Sequence record: OR515477.1
Strand: one strand, 5' to 3'
Length of the DNA: 64,000 nt
From: Escherichia phage Es2
This document shows positions 46,038 to 56,376 of the stretch, piece after piece. Each line of letters begins with the position of its first letter. The first letter of the stretch is position 1. A program made the translations under genes and the position numbers. Under the pieces are notes generated by a model that worked only from the letters and a program-made list of their open reading frames with translations, had not been told where the DNA came from and searched no databases.

Positions 46038-48391
46038 TGGCAGTAACTACTAAAATTATCGTACAGCAGATATTAAATATTGATGATACTAAAGCTACTG
46101 CTAGTAAATTTCCTAGATATACAGTAACTCTAGGTAATTCTATTAGCTCTATTACTGCAAGTGAGTTAGTATCTTCTATTGAGGCAGCAGCTAAGTCTGC
46201 TGCAGCTGCAAAAGATTCTGAGATAGCGGCTAAAACTTCGGAGCTTAACGCTAAGAACTCTGAACAGGAAGCTGCTATTTCTGCTGGAGCTTCTGAAGCT
46301 TCTGCTACTCAGTCTGCTACCTCTGCTACTCAGTCTGCCACTTCTGCTACTAAATCTGCAGAATCAGCTGCAGCTGCAAAAACCTCTGAAACCAATGCTA
46401 AGTCTAGTGAAACAAAAGCTAAAACCTCCGAGACTAATGCAAAAACTAGTGAAACTAATGCAAAGTCTAGTGAAATCAAAGCTAAGGCCTCCGAGACTAA
46501 TGCTAAGGCTAGTGAAACTAATGCTGCTGCTTCGGCTGCAGCGGCAAAACTTAGTGAGGATAATGCAAAAATCAGTGAGACTAATGCTGCTGCATCCGCT
46601 GCGGATTCCAGTGGTTTTAGGAATGAGGCGGAAACATTCTCTACACAAGCTGCCACATCAGCTTCTGCTGCAAAAACCTCCGAAACAAAGGCTAAAACTA
46701 GCGAAACTAATGCAAAAGCTAGTGAGACTAAAGCCAAAGCTAGTGAGACTAACGCAGCTAGTTCCGCAACTTCAGCTAGTCAGTCAGTAACTACTATTCA
46801 AGGCTTAAAATCAGATGTTGAGCAGCTAAAATCAGATACTCAGGCCATTAAAAACAGTGCTGTAACAGAGACAACAGCTATAAAGGCAGATGTTGCGCAG
46901 TTAAAAACGGATACACAAGGTATTAAAGATAGCGCGGTAGCTGAGACAACAACTTTAAAAAACCAAGCTGCAACTTCTGCAACTAATGCTGCTAATTCTG
47001 CAGCAGAAGCGGGGAGACAGGCTACTGCTGCTGCTAATAGTACTAATACTGCTAAAACTGAAGCCGATCGTTCAAAAACTGAGGCTGATAGATCAGAAGC
47101 TGCTGCCAATGCTACTCCTGACATTCAGCCTCTTCCAGATGTATGGATACCGTTCAACGATTCACTGGATATGATTACGGGCTTTTCTCCATCTTATAAA
47201 AAGATTGTTATTGGTGACGATGAAATTACGATGCCGGGCGACAAGATTGTTAAATTTAATCGAGCGTCTACTGCAACGTATGTTAATAAGTCTGGCGCGT
47301 TCACAATTGCTGAAATCGATGAACCAAGATTTGAACGTGAAGGTTTGCTTATTGAGGGGCAGAGAACTAATTATCTATTAAACTCAAATAAACCGCAGTC
47401 GTGGCCTATACACTCATCACTAAATAAAGAGTTTAGTAGCGACAATTTTAACTTCAACTATGCAACAGTATCGCCGACTAATGGTATTATAGGGACAACA
47501 GGTGGCTACATGATAATCAATGTTGCCACCAGAGATAGGTTTAATCTACCTAACGGTGAAAGTTTTACTTTTTCTTGTCGTGCAAAAGGTAGCAAGTGCA
47601 GACTCAGAGCGCGTGTAGCTTACGCTGGTGATGGTGGTGCTGATGTTTTTTCGGCAGACGCATACCTTGACTTTGATTCAGTATCGGCTTCAGTAAGCGG
47701 TCAAACCAATCTTATTAGATCAAAAGTTGAACAGCGTGGAGAATGGCTTTATTTTGAAGTGACATACACGGCGGACGCTGATCGCAACGCCATAAACTGT
47801 GCTTTCTTTTTTGCTAACAAGATTAGAGAAGAACCATTTTATGAAGATTCAACGATTACGCTAGCTACATCACAAATTGAGCTTGGCTCCTGCGCATCAT
47901 CGTTTATTGTATCAGGTGGCACTCCAACCACAAGAGCAAGTGACGTTGTGACCATTCCAGCACAAAACAACCTTGCTATTAGGCCATTTACTGTTCTTTG
48001 CGAAGTAAACAAAAATTGGACTACTCCACCAAATGTAGCCCCACGTATATTTGATGTCGGTGGGCACCAGATTGATGATAATTATTTGTCACTTGGGTTT
48101 GTATCAACAGGAAAGCTGGCTGCAAATGTCGGAATGATTCAACCGCAGATTGCTGTTGATGGGGATAAGTTTGTTGTTGGTTTAAGGGCTAAATCAGACT
48201 TATCTGTTAATGCTATATTCAATGGCAATTATACAACTAACCCTAATGGTAAAGAGTTCGGAATCACGGCAACATCGTACCGATTCGGAGGGCAAACTGC
48301 GGCGGGAACTCGTCACTTATTTGGCCATATCCGCAATTTAAGAATCTGGTTTAAAGAGCTAACTGATAGACAAATGAAGGAGTATGTATGA
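46037..48391 (+). CDS. L-shaped tail fibre protein A-like, with tandem repeats and C-terminal LamG/lectin-like domain
   Basis: 784 aa; 7-aa KTSETNA-type repeats; C-terminal GTRHLFGHIRNLRIWFKELTDRQMKEY resembles a concanavalin-A-like lectin domain end motif. Confidence 0.5.
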   Translation: MAVTTKIIVQQILNIDDTKATASKFPRYTVTLGNSISSITASELVSSIEAAAKSAAAAKDSEIAAKTSELNAKNSEQEAAISAGASEASATQSATSATQSATSATKSAESAAAAKTSETNAKSSETKAKTSETNAKTSETNAKSSEIKAKASETNAKASETNAAASAAAAKLSEDNAKISETNAAASAADSSGFRNEAETFSTQAATSASAAKTSETKAKTSETNAKASETKAKASETNAASSATSASQSVTTIQGLKSDVEQLKSDTQAIKNSAVTETTAIKADVAQLKTDTQGIKDSAVAETTTLKNQAATSATNAANSAAEAGRQATAAANSTNTAKTEADRSKTEADRSEAAANATPDIQPLPDVWIPFNDSLDMITGFSPSYKKIVIGDDEITMPGDKIVKFNRASTATYVNKSGAFTIAEIDEPRFEREGLLIEGQRTNYLLNSNKPQSWPIHSSLNKEFSSDNFNFNYATVSPTNGIIGTTGGYMIINVATRDRFNLPNGESFTFSCRAKGSKCRLRARVAYAGDGGADVFSADAYLDFDSVSASVSGQTNLIRSKVEQRGEWLYFEVTYTADADRNAINCAFFFANKIREEPFYEDSTITLATSQIELGSCASSFIVSGGTPTTRASDVVTIPAQNNLAIRPFTVLCEVNKNWTTPPNVAPRIFDVGGHQIDDNYLSLGFVSTGKLAANVGMIQPQIAVDGDKFVVGLRAKSDLSVNAIFNGNYTTNPNGKEFGITATSYRFGGQTAAGTRHLFGHIRNLRIWFKELTDRQMKEYV
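46300..46770 (+). repeat. in-frame 15-nt and 21-nt tandem codon repeats within tail fibre gene
   Basis: TCTGCTACTCAGTCTGCY units then about 12 AAAACCTCTGAAACYAATGCW-like 21-mers in two blocks. Confidence 0.6.
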
Positions 48392-48666
48392 GAGATATAA
48401 TCCTAAAATTCACGGATAAATCAGCATATAAAGATTTTCTCTTAAAAATAGAGTGGGATACTAATGAAACTTTGCAAAACCAAATAATGCTTGATGAAAT
48501 TGGATATACTTATACTGAAATCTCTCCGCTAGGTGATGATGAGCCTAGATGCATCCGTAATGAGGGGTATTATGTTAATGTAAGGATTCTTGATGAATCC
48601 TTTACTTACGAATACTTTGAGCCTTTTATAGTTCAGCTAGAACAGCCTCTTAGAGAGTGGGCATAA
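48388..48666 (+). CDS. hypothetical protein (92 aa) between the fibre genes
   Basis: ORF with ATGA overlap to upstream gene. Confidence 0.35.
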   Translation: MRDIILKFTDKSAYKDFLLKIEWDTNETLQNQIMLDEIGYTYTEISPLGDDEPRCIRNEGYYVNVRILDESFTYEYFEPFIVQLEQPLREWA

Positions 48667-48675
48667 GGTTTTATA

Positions 48676-50421
48676 ATGGTAACTAAAACAGTAATTCCTA
48701 CGGATATTACAAAACTTAAAAACGAGTCACTTAATAAGAATAATAACCTGAGTGACTTAGCAGACCGTGCAGCAGCATGGCTAAATGTGCGTCCTATTGG
48801 ATCCACCCCTCTTGCGGGGGATCCTGTTGGGGACTATGATGCCGCAACTAAACGTTGGGTAGAGAATAAGATTAACACTGGTACAGTTGGACCCACTATG
48901 AATGGTGTTATGAACTACGGTGTTGGTGATTTTCACCTCCGAGATAGTCGTGCATATATTCAACCATACGAAGTCGTTTCTGACGGACAGCTTCTTAATA
49001 GGGCTGACTGGCCTGAGCTTTGGGCTTATGCTCAGATGGTTGGGCTTATAGAGGATTCCGTCTGGTTAGCGGATAAATTCCAGCGTGGTAAATACTCATC
49101 AGGAGATGGAACAACAACTTTTCGTGTTCCAGATAGGAATGGGGTACAGCAAGGGTCAATACGTGCTCTTTATGGTCGTGGTGATGGCGGTATGTCCGAC
49201 GCTAACGGTCGTGCTTTTGAATCCGCTGCACCGAATATTACAGGTGCTGTTCCTAGCTACTCAGGAGGTATGTATGCTCAGGTATTCGGTTCTGCTGCTA
49301 GAGGTGCATTCTTTTCTGATAATATGCTTTTTCCTAACGGGGATGGGGATGTCATCCCTGCAGGTAAGACACCGCTTACTGGCCGTTGTAACACGCTAAA
49401 TTTTGACGCCTCACGTTCAAGTCCAATTTACGGAGCATCAAATGATGAGATTCTTACACGAAATTTTGTAGGTGTATGGGTGATTCGTGCATCTGGTGGT
49501 TTCGTTGCAGCAAATACATCATGGAGTGTTATTAACGGCGATGCGACCAGACCGATAGACGGCACAAGAGTTGAATCAGGGAAAGTAAGCGTAGAATATA
49601 AGATTGGAACGGCTATTGAGGCGCAGGGTAATGTCTATACTGCTGCAACAATGGGTGGGGCATATTCTACCCAGCTCTCTGTTAAAAATGCCACTACGGG
49701 CAAAGAGAAAGATATCAGCGTCACAGAAGATGGTGATCTGTGGTCCGACCGCTTTAAGGCTAGATTTGGCACCCGTATGGCTTGGGCTCAGACCGGCTGG
49801 GCCTATGGCACATTTTCCCAAGCCAACCAATCCATCGGTAACGACTACAATTTCTACAGTATTCTTAGCGGCTCCCAAAGTTCAAGCACGGGCTATAAAA
49901 CTCATACCCATATTGGTCAAATCCACAATGACAACGGTTCATTTGCTGATAGCTGCTGGCATGTTGCAGGTGATGATGATAACAAATATGGTGTACGTTT
50001 AAAAATTCAGCCTAATAATAATAGTATTTATTTCTATTCTTGGTGGCCTGGTGCTTCAGCAGTCTATACTTTGCAATTAAATGCTGTATCTGATTCTCGC
50101 TTAAAGCATGATATTAAGGCTATAGACGCAACTAAGTCCATCGAGGTATTAAAAGGATTAGAATTCCAATCCTTTGTATATAATAACGATGAAAAATCTC
50201 GCGTCCGACGTGGGGTTATTGCTCAGCAAGTAGAGACTATAGAACCACTTTATGTAAAAACTAGAAGATTTTATAATAATGATGGGGTGGAGCAAGAACA
50301 GAAGGAATTAGATACGACTCCAATGCTTCTTGACACTATGCATGTCGTGCAAGAACTTATAAAACGGATTGAATCTTTGGAAGAAGAACTCAAACAATTA
50401 AAAGTACAATTAGTACAGTAA
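48676..50421 (+). CDS. tail fibre protein B-like, with phage tail collar domain and C-terminal S74 intramolecular chaperone domain
   Basis: 581 aa; N-terminal QLLNRADWPELWAY...GDGTTTFRVPD collar-type motif; C-terminal SDSRLKHDI autoproteolysis-type motif. Confidence 0.55.
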   Translation: MVTKTVIPTDITKLKNESLNKNNNLSDLADRAAAWLNVRPIGSTPLAGDPVGDYDAATKRWVENKINTGTVGPTMNGVMNYGVGDFHLRDSRAYIQPYEVVSDGQLLNRADWPELWAYAQMVGLIEDSVWLADKFQRGKYSSGDGTTTFRVPDRNGVQQGSIRALYGRGDGGMSDANGRAFESAAPNITGAVPSYSGGMYAQVFGSAARGAFFSDNMLFPNGDGDVIPAGKTPLTGRCNTLNFDASRSSPIYGASNDEILTRNFVGVWVIRASGGFVAANTSWSVINGDATRPIDGTRVESGKVSVEYKIGTAIEAQGNVYTAATMGGAYSTQLSVKNATTGKEKDISVTEDGDLWSDRFKARFGTRMAWAQTGWAYGTFSQANQSIGNDYNFYSILSGSQSSSTGYKTHTHIGQIHNDNGSFADSCWHVAGDDDNKYGVRLKIQPNNNSIYFYSWWPGASAVYTLQLNAVSDSRLKHDIKAIDATKSIEVLKGLEFQSFVYNNDEKSRVRRGVIAQQVETIEPLYVKTRRFYNNDGVEQEQKELDTTPMLLDTMHVVQELIKRIESLEEELKQLKVQLVQ

Positions 50422-50428
50422 TAAAAGA

Positions 50429-50463
50429 AAACCCCAGTGGACAAAATCCACTGGGGTTTTATT
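50429..50463. terminator. bidirectional rho-independent terminator at convergence of late and replication modules
   Basis: CCCCAGTGG-acaaaat-CCACTGGGG flanked by A-run and T-run. Confidence 0.65.
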
Positions 50464-50465
50464 AC

Positions 50466-50726
50466 TTATTTACTGCCTTCTATAATACCAAGATTATAAA
50501 TGGCTAAAAGGAATTTTAAATGCTCATTGTCACTATTAGTGCAAAGTTCTATAAAACCTTCAGGATCCCAAAAAGTAACATTACCTTCTTTATCTGTTTT
50601 CAGCACAAACTTTTCGGATTCAGTGGTTTTAATCTGATAAGTAGACATATTGGTATTAACAATACCTACCATACTAGGGTTAGTAAAATTATTTGTTTCC
50701 TGAACTTCCAAATCCACCTTCTCCAC
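50466..50726 (-). CDS. hypothetical protein (86 aa)
   Basis: ORF downstream of dUTPase gene. Confidence 0.4.
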   Translation of the reverse strand: MEKVDLEVQETNNFTNPSMVGIVNTNMSTYQIKTTESEKFVLKTDKEGNVTFWDPEGFIELCTNSDNEHLKFLLAIYNLGIIEGSK

Positions 50727-51135
50727 GTTCTGTCTCCTCTAGTTCATCAACGATTTCAAAATGATGAGTTGAATAGTGTGGTAGTACCACTAGCTGACAA
50801 AGTCTTTCAAAATTTTCCAGGGTTTGCATTTCGGAACCGTAATTGAATAGGTTCATCTTAATAGTTCCACGATAGTCTGAGTCGATCACTCCTGCGGTGT
50901 TTGCAATCATCAGATGACGCTTACCTAAGGAGCTACGAGGAACTACCAAACCGAACCAACCTCGCGGAATTTCTACCGCGACACCGGTGTCAATCATTAA
51001 GGATTTGCCTGGTGCAATAGCACGTAAATCTGCAGCAGGGTTAGTACCAAAGAATGCTCGCAGATCCATACCTGCAGCATCTTCGGAACCAATCTTAGGC
51101 ATACAATCTGGATGAGTTAATTTAATTTTAATCAT
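50689..51135 (-). CDS. dut: dUTPase
   Basis: 148 aa; AGMDLRA, RSSL, GVIDSDYRG and GGFGSSG motifs. Confidence 0.8.
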   Translation of the reverse strand: MIKIKLTHPDCMPKIGSEDAAGMDLRAFFGTNPAADLRAIAPGKSLMIDTGVAVEIPRGWFGLVVPRSSLGKRHLMIANTAGVIDSDYRGTIKMNLFNYGSEMQTLENFERLCQLVVLPHYSTHHFEIVDELEETERGEGGFGSSGNK

Positions 51136-52007
51136 TGTTCTGCAATCTCCAAAATATCTTTTGTAAACTTATCTAATACATCTTGACCTACAGCGGCGAT
51201 AGCATCTACACAGTAGGTTGGTAAATCAACCAGAATTAAGTTTCGATAAAGTAATTCTTCCGAAGCATTTAAATTCTGTATATATTTCTGTTTTCCAGGT
51301 AGTGGAAGCTGATCAATAATATCCAGAACGTTACCAAATTCACGAATAATATTATACCCGCGTTTTGCCCCAATACCTTCAACACCTCGGATATTATCCC
51401 CTAAATCACCCATAATTGCTTTCAGAGAGATAAACTGCTCTACATCGTCAACATTATGATGCTCATACATATCACGAAGATGATATTCACGACGTGTTGT
51501 AAAAGAAAAACGAGAAACTTTATCAGTTAATAAAGTATCCCAGTCACCATCAGTAGAAATCAACCAAACGTGATCATACAGATGTCCAATGAGTTTAACA
51601 ATATAAGCCGCCATATCATCTGCTTCTACACCACGAATAGTGAAAGTTGGGAATGTAGTTTCACATAATTCGAAAGCATCTTTCAAATACTCGAAGAACT
51701 GCTCATCTAATGCTTTCTCCTCTTCCGTACGCTGAGAGTATTTCTCATCTCGGTTCCCTTTATACTCGGGGAGATGCTCTAAGCGGAATGCAGACTTTCC
51801 TTTATCTCCTAAAACTATTGTAGTTCTAGCGGAATAAGATTTTGCTAGAGACTGAATAGTGGAAACATAACTTGAGGCAAATGGTTTTTTACTGTTATTA
51901 TGCTTGAAGCGAAAGCCTAAGTTAGTTCCATCGACAATCATTAGGTTACGACGGGAAGCCATTTCAGCTTCCTCTTCTTCAATAAATTTTCCCCAGGATT
52001 TACTCAT
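51132..52007 (-). CDS. flap endonuclease (5'-3' exonuclease), D15-like
   Basis: 291 aa, same size as T5 D15 (from memory); acidic clusters typical of FEN/PIN domains. Confidence 0.65.
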   Translation of the reverse strand: MSKSWGKFIEEEEAEMASRRNLMIVDGTNLGFRFKHNNSKKPFASSYVSTIQSLAKSYSARTTIVLGDKGKSAFRLEHLPEYKGNRDEKYSQRTEEEKALDEQFFEYLKDAFELCETTFPTFTIRGVEADDMAAYIVKLIGHLYDHVWLISTDGDWDTLLTDKVSRFSFTTRREYHLRDMYEHHNVDDVEQFISLKAIMGDLGDNIRGVEGIGAKRGYNIIREFGNVLDIIDQLPLPGKQKYIQNLNASEELLYRNLILVDLPTYCVDAIAAVGQDVLDKFTKDILEIAEQ

Positions 52008-52489
52008 TATTTAATTAAGTCCTCAACAGATGCATGATGTAGCCACGGCTCAAATAAACCAATTACGATTTCCATGTCTTTCTTATTTAACACCATATGG
52101 GTACGACTCATTAAGTTGTCAACCATCGGGTCTGAGCTATCCAAAGCTATTAACCACTGTCCTCTGTCTTTCTTGAATATTAATGCAGGTTTGGAGTTCA
52201 TCTGCTCACCTTCACGTGAGCATTGCTGCCACCACTTCTCTAGAGTGGATTCACCAACATTAAATAAATTACTTGATATATTATCATCTTTATACCACTT
52301 AACTTCGAAGCAGTATTTACTAATGTGTCCACTTTGTGGTGGAAGGTAGATGTCACCTTTTAGTCCATGGCTCTGGCCAAAAGCACCAGAGCCAGGAACA
52401 CGTTCCCACTCAAGACCTGTACGCTCACGTAGAATATCTCTTACCTGATATTCGCCACGTTTACCTTTCTCTCTACTATCTACAGCCAT
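52007..52489 (-). CDS. putative nuclease (PD-(D/E)XK-like), D14-like
   Basis: 160 aa; E-x-K-type segment CFEVKW and GxG-rich N-terminus; weak. Confidence 0.3.
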   Translation of the reverse strand: MAVDSREKGKRGEYQVRDILRERTGLEWERVPGSGAFGQSHGLKGDIYLPPQSGHISKYCFEVKWYKDDNISSNLFNVGESTLEKWWQQCSREGEQMNSKPALIFKKDRGQWLIALDSSDPMVDNLMSRTHMVLNKKDMEIVIGLFEPWLHHASVEDLIK

Positions 52490-52492
52490 GTT

Positions 52493-54361
52493 TTAATCTA
52501 AGTAGGAAAATCCTTCTGCATCTTTTTTGACGGTAATCTTATGGGCCAATGGATGCGTATGCCCATGAGAAACAATGATAGAATTTAGACCTTCTTCCTC
52601 ATTTAATAATTCAACAAGGGTGTCAAGTCCTTTCGTATCAATAAAGCTGATTACTTCATCAAGGAATAGAAGATTAATATTAACTTTACTAATAGATGTT
52701 AGTAGCATTCGAATAGCTAACAGAGTTGCTAAATTAATTCTACTTTGTTGACCAGTGGAGCAGTTCTCCATACTGGTACGGTTTCCATCATTGAAGATTA
52801 CTACTTGTAATTTTGTTTCATCAAGTTCAAATCCAAGTGCGAACTTACCACCAGTCATAATAGAAAGGTATTTATTAATTAATTCTTCGAATACTTTCAC
52901 ACTATGCTCTAGTTTATACCCTACCAGATTTTTCAATGCGGCGATCAGAATATCGAGATCAGCAACAGCTTCTGATACTCCATCCAGTTTGGAAGTAATC
53001 TCAGACATTTCTGCCTCAGCTTTCTCAATCTGTTCTAGTTTCGCTTTATATTTTGCATTGGCTAATTCAACATTTGCATTATGCTCTTTGGCAATTGCAA
53101 CCTTAGAACGTCCGTCAGCGATTTCCTGTTCTAGTTGTCGGATTTGCACCTGTAGGTTTTGCACATTGAGTTCTTCAAAAGAAGCATCACTCATTGAATT
53201 TTTGAACTCGTCTCTAGCTGCCACTGCTTTATCCAAAGCATCCTTTGCTCTAATATAAGTAGTGTACTCAAGTTGTTCTTTCTTCAACTGTTCTAACTTA
53301 GCTTCAAGAGATTGTTTCTCTTTGAACAGAGGATCATATTCTGTTCTAGCCATATCCATTGCTTTTTGAGCAGCAGTTGTATCAAGATGAGTACCACAGG
53401 TAGGACATTCAGTATTTGAAGCCTCTTGCTTGAACTTCTGATAACGTTTCTTAACTTCGCCCGCACATGAGGTCACAATCGTTAGGTCACGCGTAACACT
53501 TGAGATCTCTTCATTTTGGTCAATGGGCGCAGGCAAGTTTTTGAAAGGCTCGAAAGATTGTTCGGCAACTTGTACAGCTTTGTCCAAATTACGCAATTTA
53601 GTAATATTAGCCTCTTGAGACTTGGCTAATGCCGCCTTAATTTTCGATTCAGTAAGTTCTTGTGCTAATGGCCCTTCATCAAACTCTGGTACTTCTACAG
53701 GTTCCTGCAAAGTTCCCAGATTATCTTTACTATTGAGGATCTTCGTAATTACAGCCATTTGGCCCTGCAGATTACTTAAAGTAGCTGCCACTTCTTTACG
53801 ATCAGCCTTAATAGTTTCAGACATTTCTTTATACTGCTCTTGATTAAACAAGTTAACAAGAAACGCTTTACGTGTTGCATCGGTAGCTTTGAGGAAGTCT
53901 AGATTTGAACCAACAGATTGATAGATTAGTTTGGTGAAAGTTTGGAAGTCACCACCCATGATCTCTTCAATCATCTTGTACGTTTGGGTTGCAGTATGCC
54001 CACTAATATCTTCCCCGTTCTTAATCAACGTTACTTTAGCGGTTGATTTGACAACTTTATGCAGCTCATATTCATCATCATCTTTTGAAAAGTAAGCGTG
54101 CATATCGTACTCTTTTTTTGGAGCATTCCAAGAGAACAGAGCATCTTTCTTAATGCCGCGCGAGTTCTTATTATAAAATAGTTCTTCAATAACAGTAGCA
54201 ATAGTGGATTTCCCTAGCCCATTGCCACCAATTAGTTGAGTAACTGGATTCTTATCGAAATGAATTACGATGTCCTTACCGTAAGACATAACGTTACTAA
54301 ATTTTAGTGTCTTAATTGTAATCTTTGACATATTTCGCAGCTCTAGCCAAGATTCTATCAA
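52493..54361 (-). CDS. SbcC/Rad50-like ATPase
   Basis: 622 aa; Walker A GGNGLGKST, zinc-hook CPTCG within coiled coil, Walker B LLFLDEV. Confidence 0.7.
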   Translation of the reverse strand: MIESWLELRNMSKITIKTLKFSNVMSYGKDIVIHFDKNPVTQLIGGNGLGKSTIATVIEELFYNKNSRGIKKDALFSWNAPKKEYDMHAYFSKDDDEYELHKVVKSTAKVTLIKNGEDISGHTATQTYKMIEEIMGGDFQTFTKLIYQSVGSNLDFLKATDATRKAFLVNLFNQEQYKEMSETIKADRKEVAATLSNLQGQMAVITKILNSKDNLGTLQEPVEVPEFDEGPLAQELTESKIKAALAKSQEANITKLRNLDKAVQVAEQSFEPFKNLPAPIDQNEEISSVTRDLTIVTSCAGEVKKRYQKFKQEASNTECPTCGTHLDTTAAQKAMDMARTEYDPLFKEKQSLEAKLEQLKKEQLEYTTYIRAKDALDKAVAARDEFKNSMSDASFEELNVQNLQVQIRQLEQEIADGRSKVAIAKEHNANVELANAKYKAKLEQIEKAEAEMSEITSKLDGVSEAVADLDILIAALKNLVGYKLEHSVKVFEELINKYLSIMTGGKFALGFELDETKLQVVIFNDGNRTSMENCSTGQQSRINLATLLAIRMLLTSISKVNINLLFLDEVISFIDTKGLDTLVELLNEEEGLNSIIVSHGHTHPLAHKITVKKDAEGFSYLD

Positions 54362-55289
54362 TGTCGCCTTGAGATAGCTTCTCTACTTCACGGAAGTAAA
54401 GTTCAAGTTCACCTAACATATCAAGATCAACAAGATTTAACTTAGCGTCTTTAGTAACTCGATGGTTAATCTTCTTATCTAATAAATCAGAGTCTTTGAT
54501 TGACTTTAATTGAACAACGTCACCAGTAACTTCATAGACTACACGATCATAATCACTAGGTTCCATCTCTTCACCGGCTCCGATTGTTTTACGAATCAGT
54601 TGTGGTAAATCACCGAGTTCAATCCATTCTACTTTTAATGTGTCGGTATCAACGATAAGACAACCATTTGTACCTTTTGTGCGCTCTCTATGGAACGATG
54701 TAGTTAATGGAGACCCTGGGTAGAGAAGTCTAGTAGATCCGATAGTCTGGCTATTAGTATAAGAATGTAAATCGCCAGCAATTACAGTATCATAACAGTT
54801 ATACTTAGTTAGATCAATTTCTGGTTTTACATGTGGAGGGATTTCACCACGAACATGCGTGAAACATAGTTTTGATTCAGACGGTTTCCATTTGGATTTA
54901 TGGATCTCATCATACGGAACAATATCAAATTCAGGGGAACGATATGGTTTGGTAATTACTTCCCACTTACCACTCGTTACCTTATTAATAACTCCTGCAT
55001 AATGATATAGACATGAAATCGTTTTAGTTAACATTTCATGATTTCCAGTAAAGATTTTACCTGGGTGGTCAAGTCTTGACATGAACTGTTCAAGCAGTTC
55101 TATTTCTTCTGACGACGGGTCGGCAACATCAAGAATATCACCACCAGCAATATGAAGATCACAGTTATGATTATGGAATATATCATTTAACCGTTCTCCT
55201 AGCATCAGGAAACGACGCTTCTGCCATTCCTTTGGAACTTTATCTTGTCCTAGTTTGATATGATGATCAGCACTAAATAATATTCTCAT
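54312..55289 (-). CDS. SbcD/Mre11-like nuclease
   Basis: 325 aa; N-terminal DHH and GNHE metallophosphatase motifs. Confidence 0.7.
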   Translation of the reverse strand: MRILFSADHHIKLGQDKVPKEWQKRRFLMLGERLNDIFHNHNCDLHIAGGDILDVADPSSEEIELLEQFMSRLDHPGKIFTGNHEMLTKTISCLYHYAGVINKVTSGKWEVITKPYRSPEFDIVPYDEIHKSKWKPSESKLCFTHVRGEIPPHVKPEIDLTKYNCYDTVIAGDLHSYTNSQTIGSTRLLYPGSPLTTSFHRERTKGTNGCLIVDTDTLKVEWIELGDLPQLIRKTIGAGEEMEPSDYDRVVYEVTGDVVQLKSIKDSDLLDKKINHRVTKDAKLNLVDLDMLGELELYFREVEKLSQGDIDRILARAAKYVKDYN

Positions 55290-55325
55290 TGGTTAAAAAG
55301 AAAGGGGCCGAAGCCCCTCTATTTA

Positions 55326-56099
55326 TTAGTCGTCCAGATCGCTTGCAGCTTCTGAGTCAATACCTTTCTGGGAGCCTGCATTGCTATTACCAGATTTGGC
55401 ATCATCATCTTTATTCTCACGACCCTCCATGAAGGCTAGAATTGCTTCTTTCTGCTCTTCATAGGTAGGAACCGGATAGGTTTGTTCCAGAGAAGGAACT
55501 TTTTCGAACTTAATGATGTCGCCATCTTCATCACACATAGCTTCACCGATCAGGTCGACATCCGCAGCATATTGCTTAGATTCCGCACTGTTAGGATCTT
55601 GCAGCTTAATCTGGAACTGCATAGCAGCAATCTGCTGTACATCATACTCAGTATCGAAACCTTTACCTTTTTTCTCGATAGAAATATCGATATCAAATGG
55701 AGTTGCCAGGCTCAGCTGCTTCATGATAGACTGGATGCCTTTCAGAATAGTGGCCTTAACTTCCATTACTTTCAGTTTGTTATCAGAACGGTCAATAACA
55801 AAAGCGATATAGTTTTTCTTCGGTTTCAGCGGAACACGATTACCATCTTTATCCAGCTCTTTCTCGAAGAAGCCCATCTCATGAACCGGATCAGCTTTAC
55901 CACGAACAAAACTCTCTTTGTCACGGTTAAAACGGAGACATTCGAAAGGAGCTACGTTACCCTCTTTATTATTCAGCCAATAGACATAACGTGGAAGAAC
56001 ACCAGAAACGATACGAACACGAGTGATACCGTTGTTGAACTTCAGGAATTCGATTTTATCGTTAGAACCGCCAGTAGTTTCGCCCCAAGACTTAGCCAT
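55326..56099 (-). CDS. putative single-stranded DNA-binding protein
   Basis: 257 aa with acidic C-terminal tail ending DSEAASDLDD; position in replication module. Confidence 0.3.
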   Translation of the reverse strand: MAKSWGETTGGSNDKIEFLKFNNGITRVRIVSGVLPRYVYWLNNKEGNVAPFECLRFNRDKESFVRGKADPVHEMGFFEKELDKDGNRVPLKPKKNYIAFVIDRSDNKLKVMEVKATILKGIQSIMKQLSLATPFDIDISIEKKGKGFDTEYDVQQIAAMQFQIKLQDPNSAESKQYAADVDLIGEAMCDEDGDIIKFEKVPSLEQTYPVPTYEEQKEAILAFMEGRENKDDDAKSGNSNAGSQKGIDSEAASDLDD

Positions 56100-56376
56100 A
56101 TTTTATTTCCTCTTTAAAGATTAATTTCGATTTGTTAATTGCGATTAGTGGGTTAGTGTCGATTACTAAACGTGGTATCCATACTGGAACATATTGTATG
56201 TCCAAACTAGGATCGTTTGTAAACTTGTATTCGGCATAATTTCGTAGACTTAAAATTCCTAGATATTCTGCCAGTTGTCTATTAGACAATTTATTTGGAT
56301 TATCAACTATTGTTGATTCATTCAAAATGAATGAGGAACCGACCAATAATTGGTGAGCATCAGGCTCTGTAAGCAT
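56092..56376 (-). CDS. hypothetical protein (94 aa)
   Basis: RBS GAGGA upstream. Confidence 0.4.
   Translation of the reverse strand: MLTEPDAHQLLVGSSFILNESTIVDNPNKLSNRQLAEYLGILSLRNYAEYKFTNDPSLDIQYVPVWIPRLVIDTNPLIAINKSKLIFKEEIKYG

Noticed and set aside
52755-53258. 167 aa plus-strand ORF
   Set aside because: Lies entirely antisense within the SbcC-like gene coiled-coil region; Ser/Ala-rich artefact.
55482-56117. 211 aa and 99 aa plus-strand ORFs
   Set aside because: Antisense to the minus-strand replication-module gene at 55326-56099; no translation signals.
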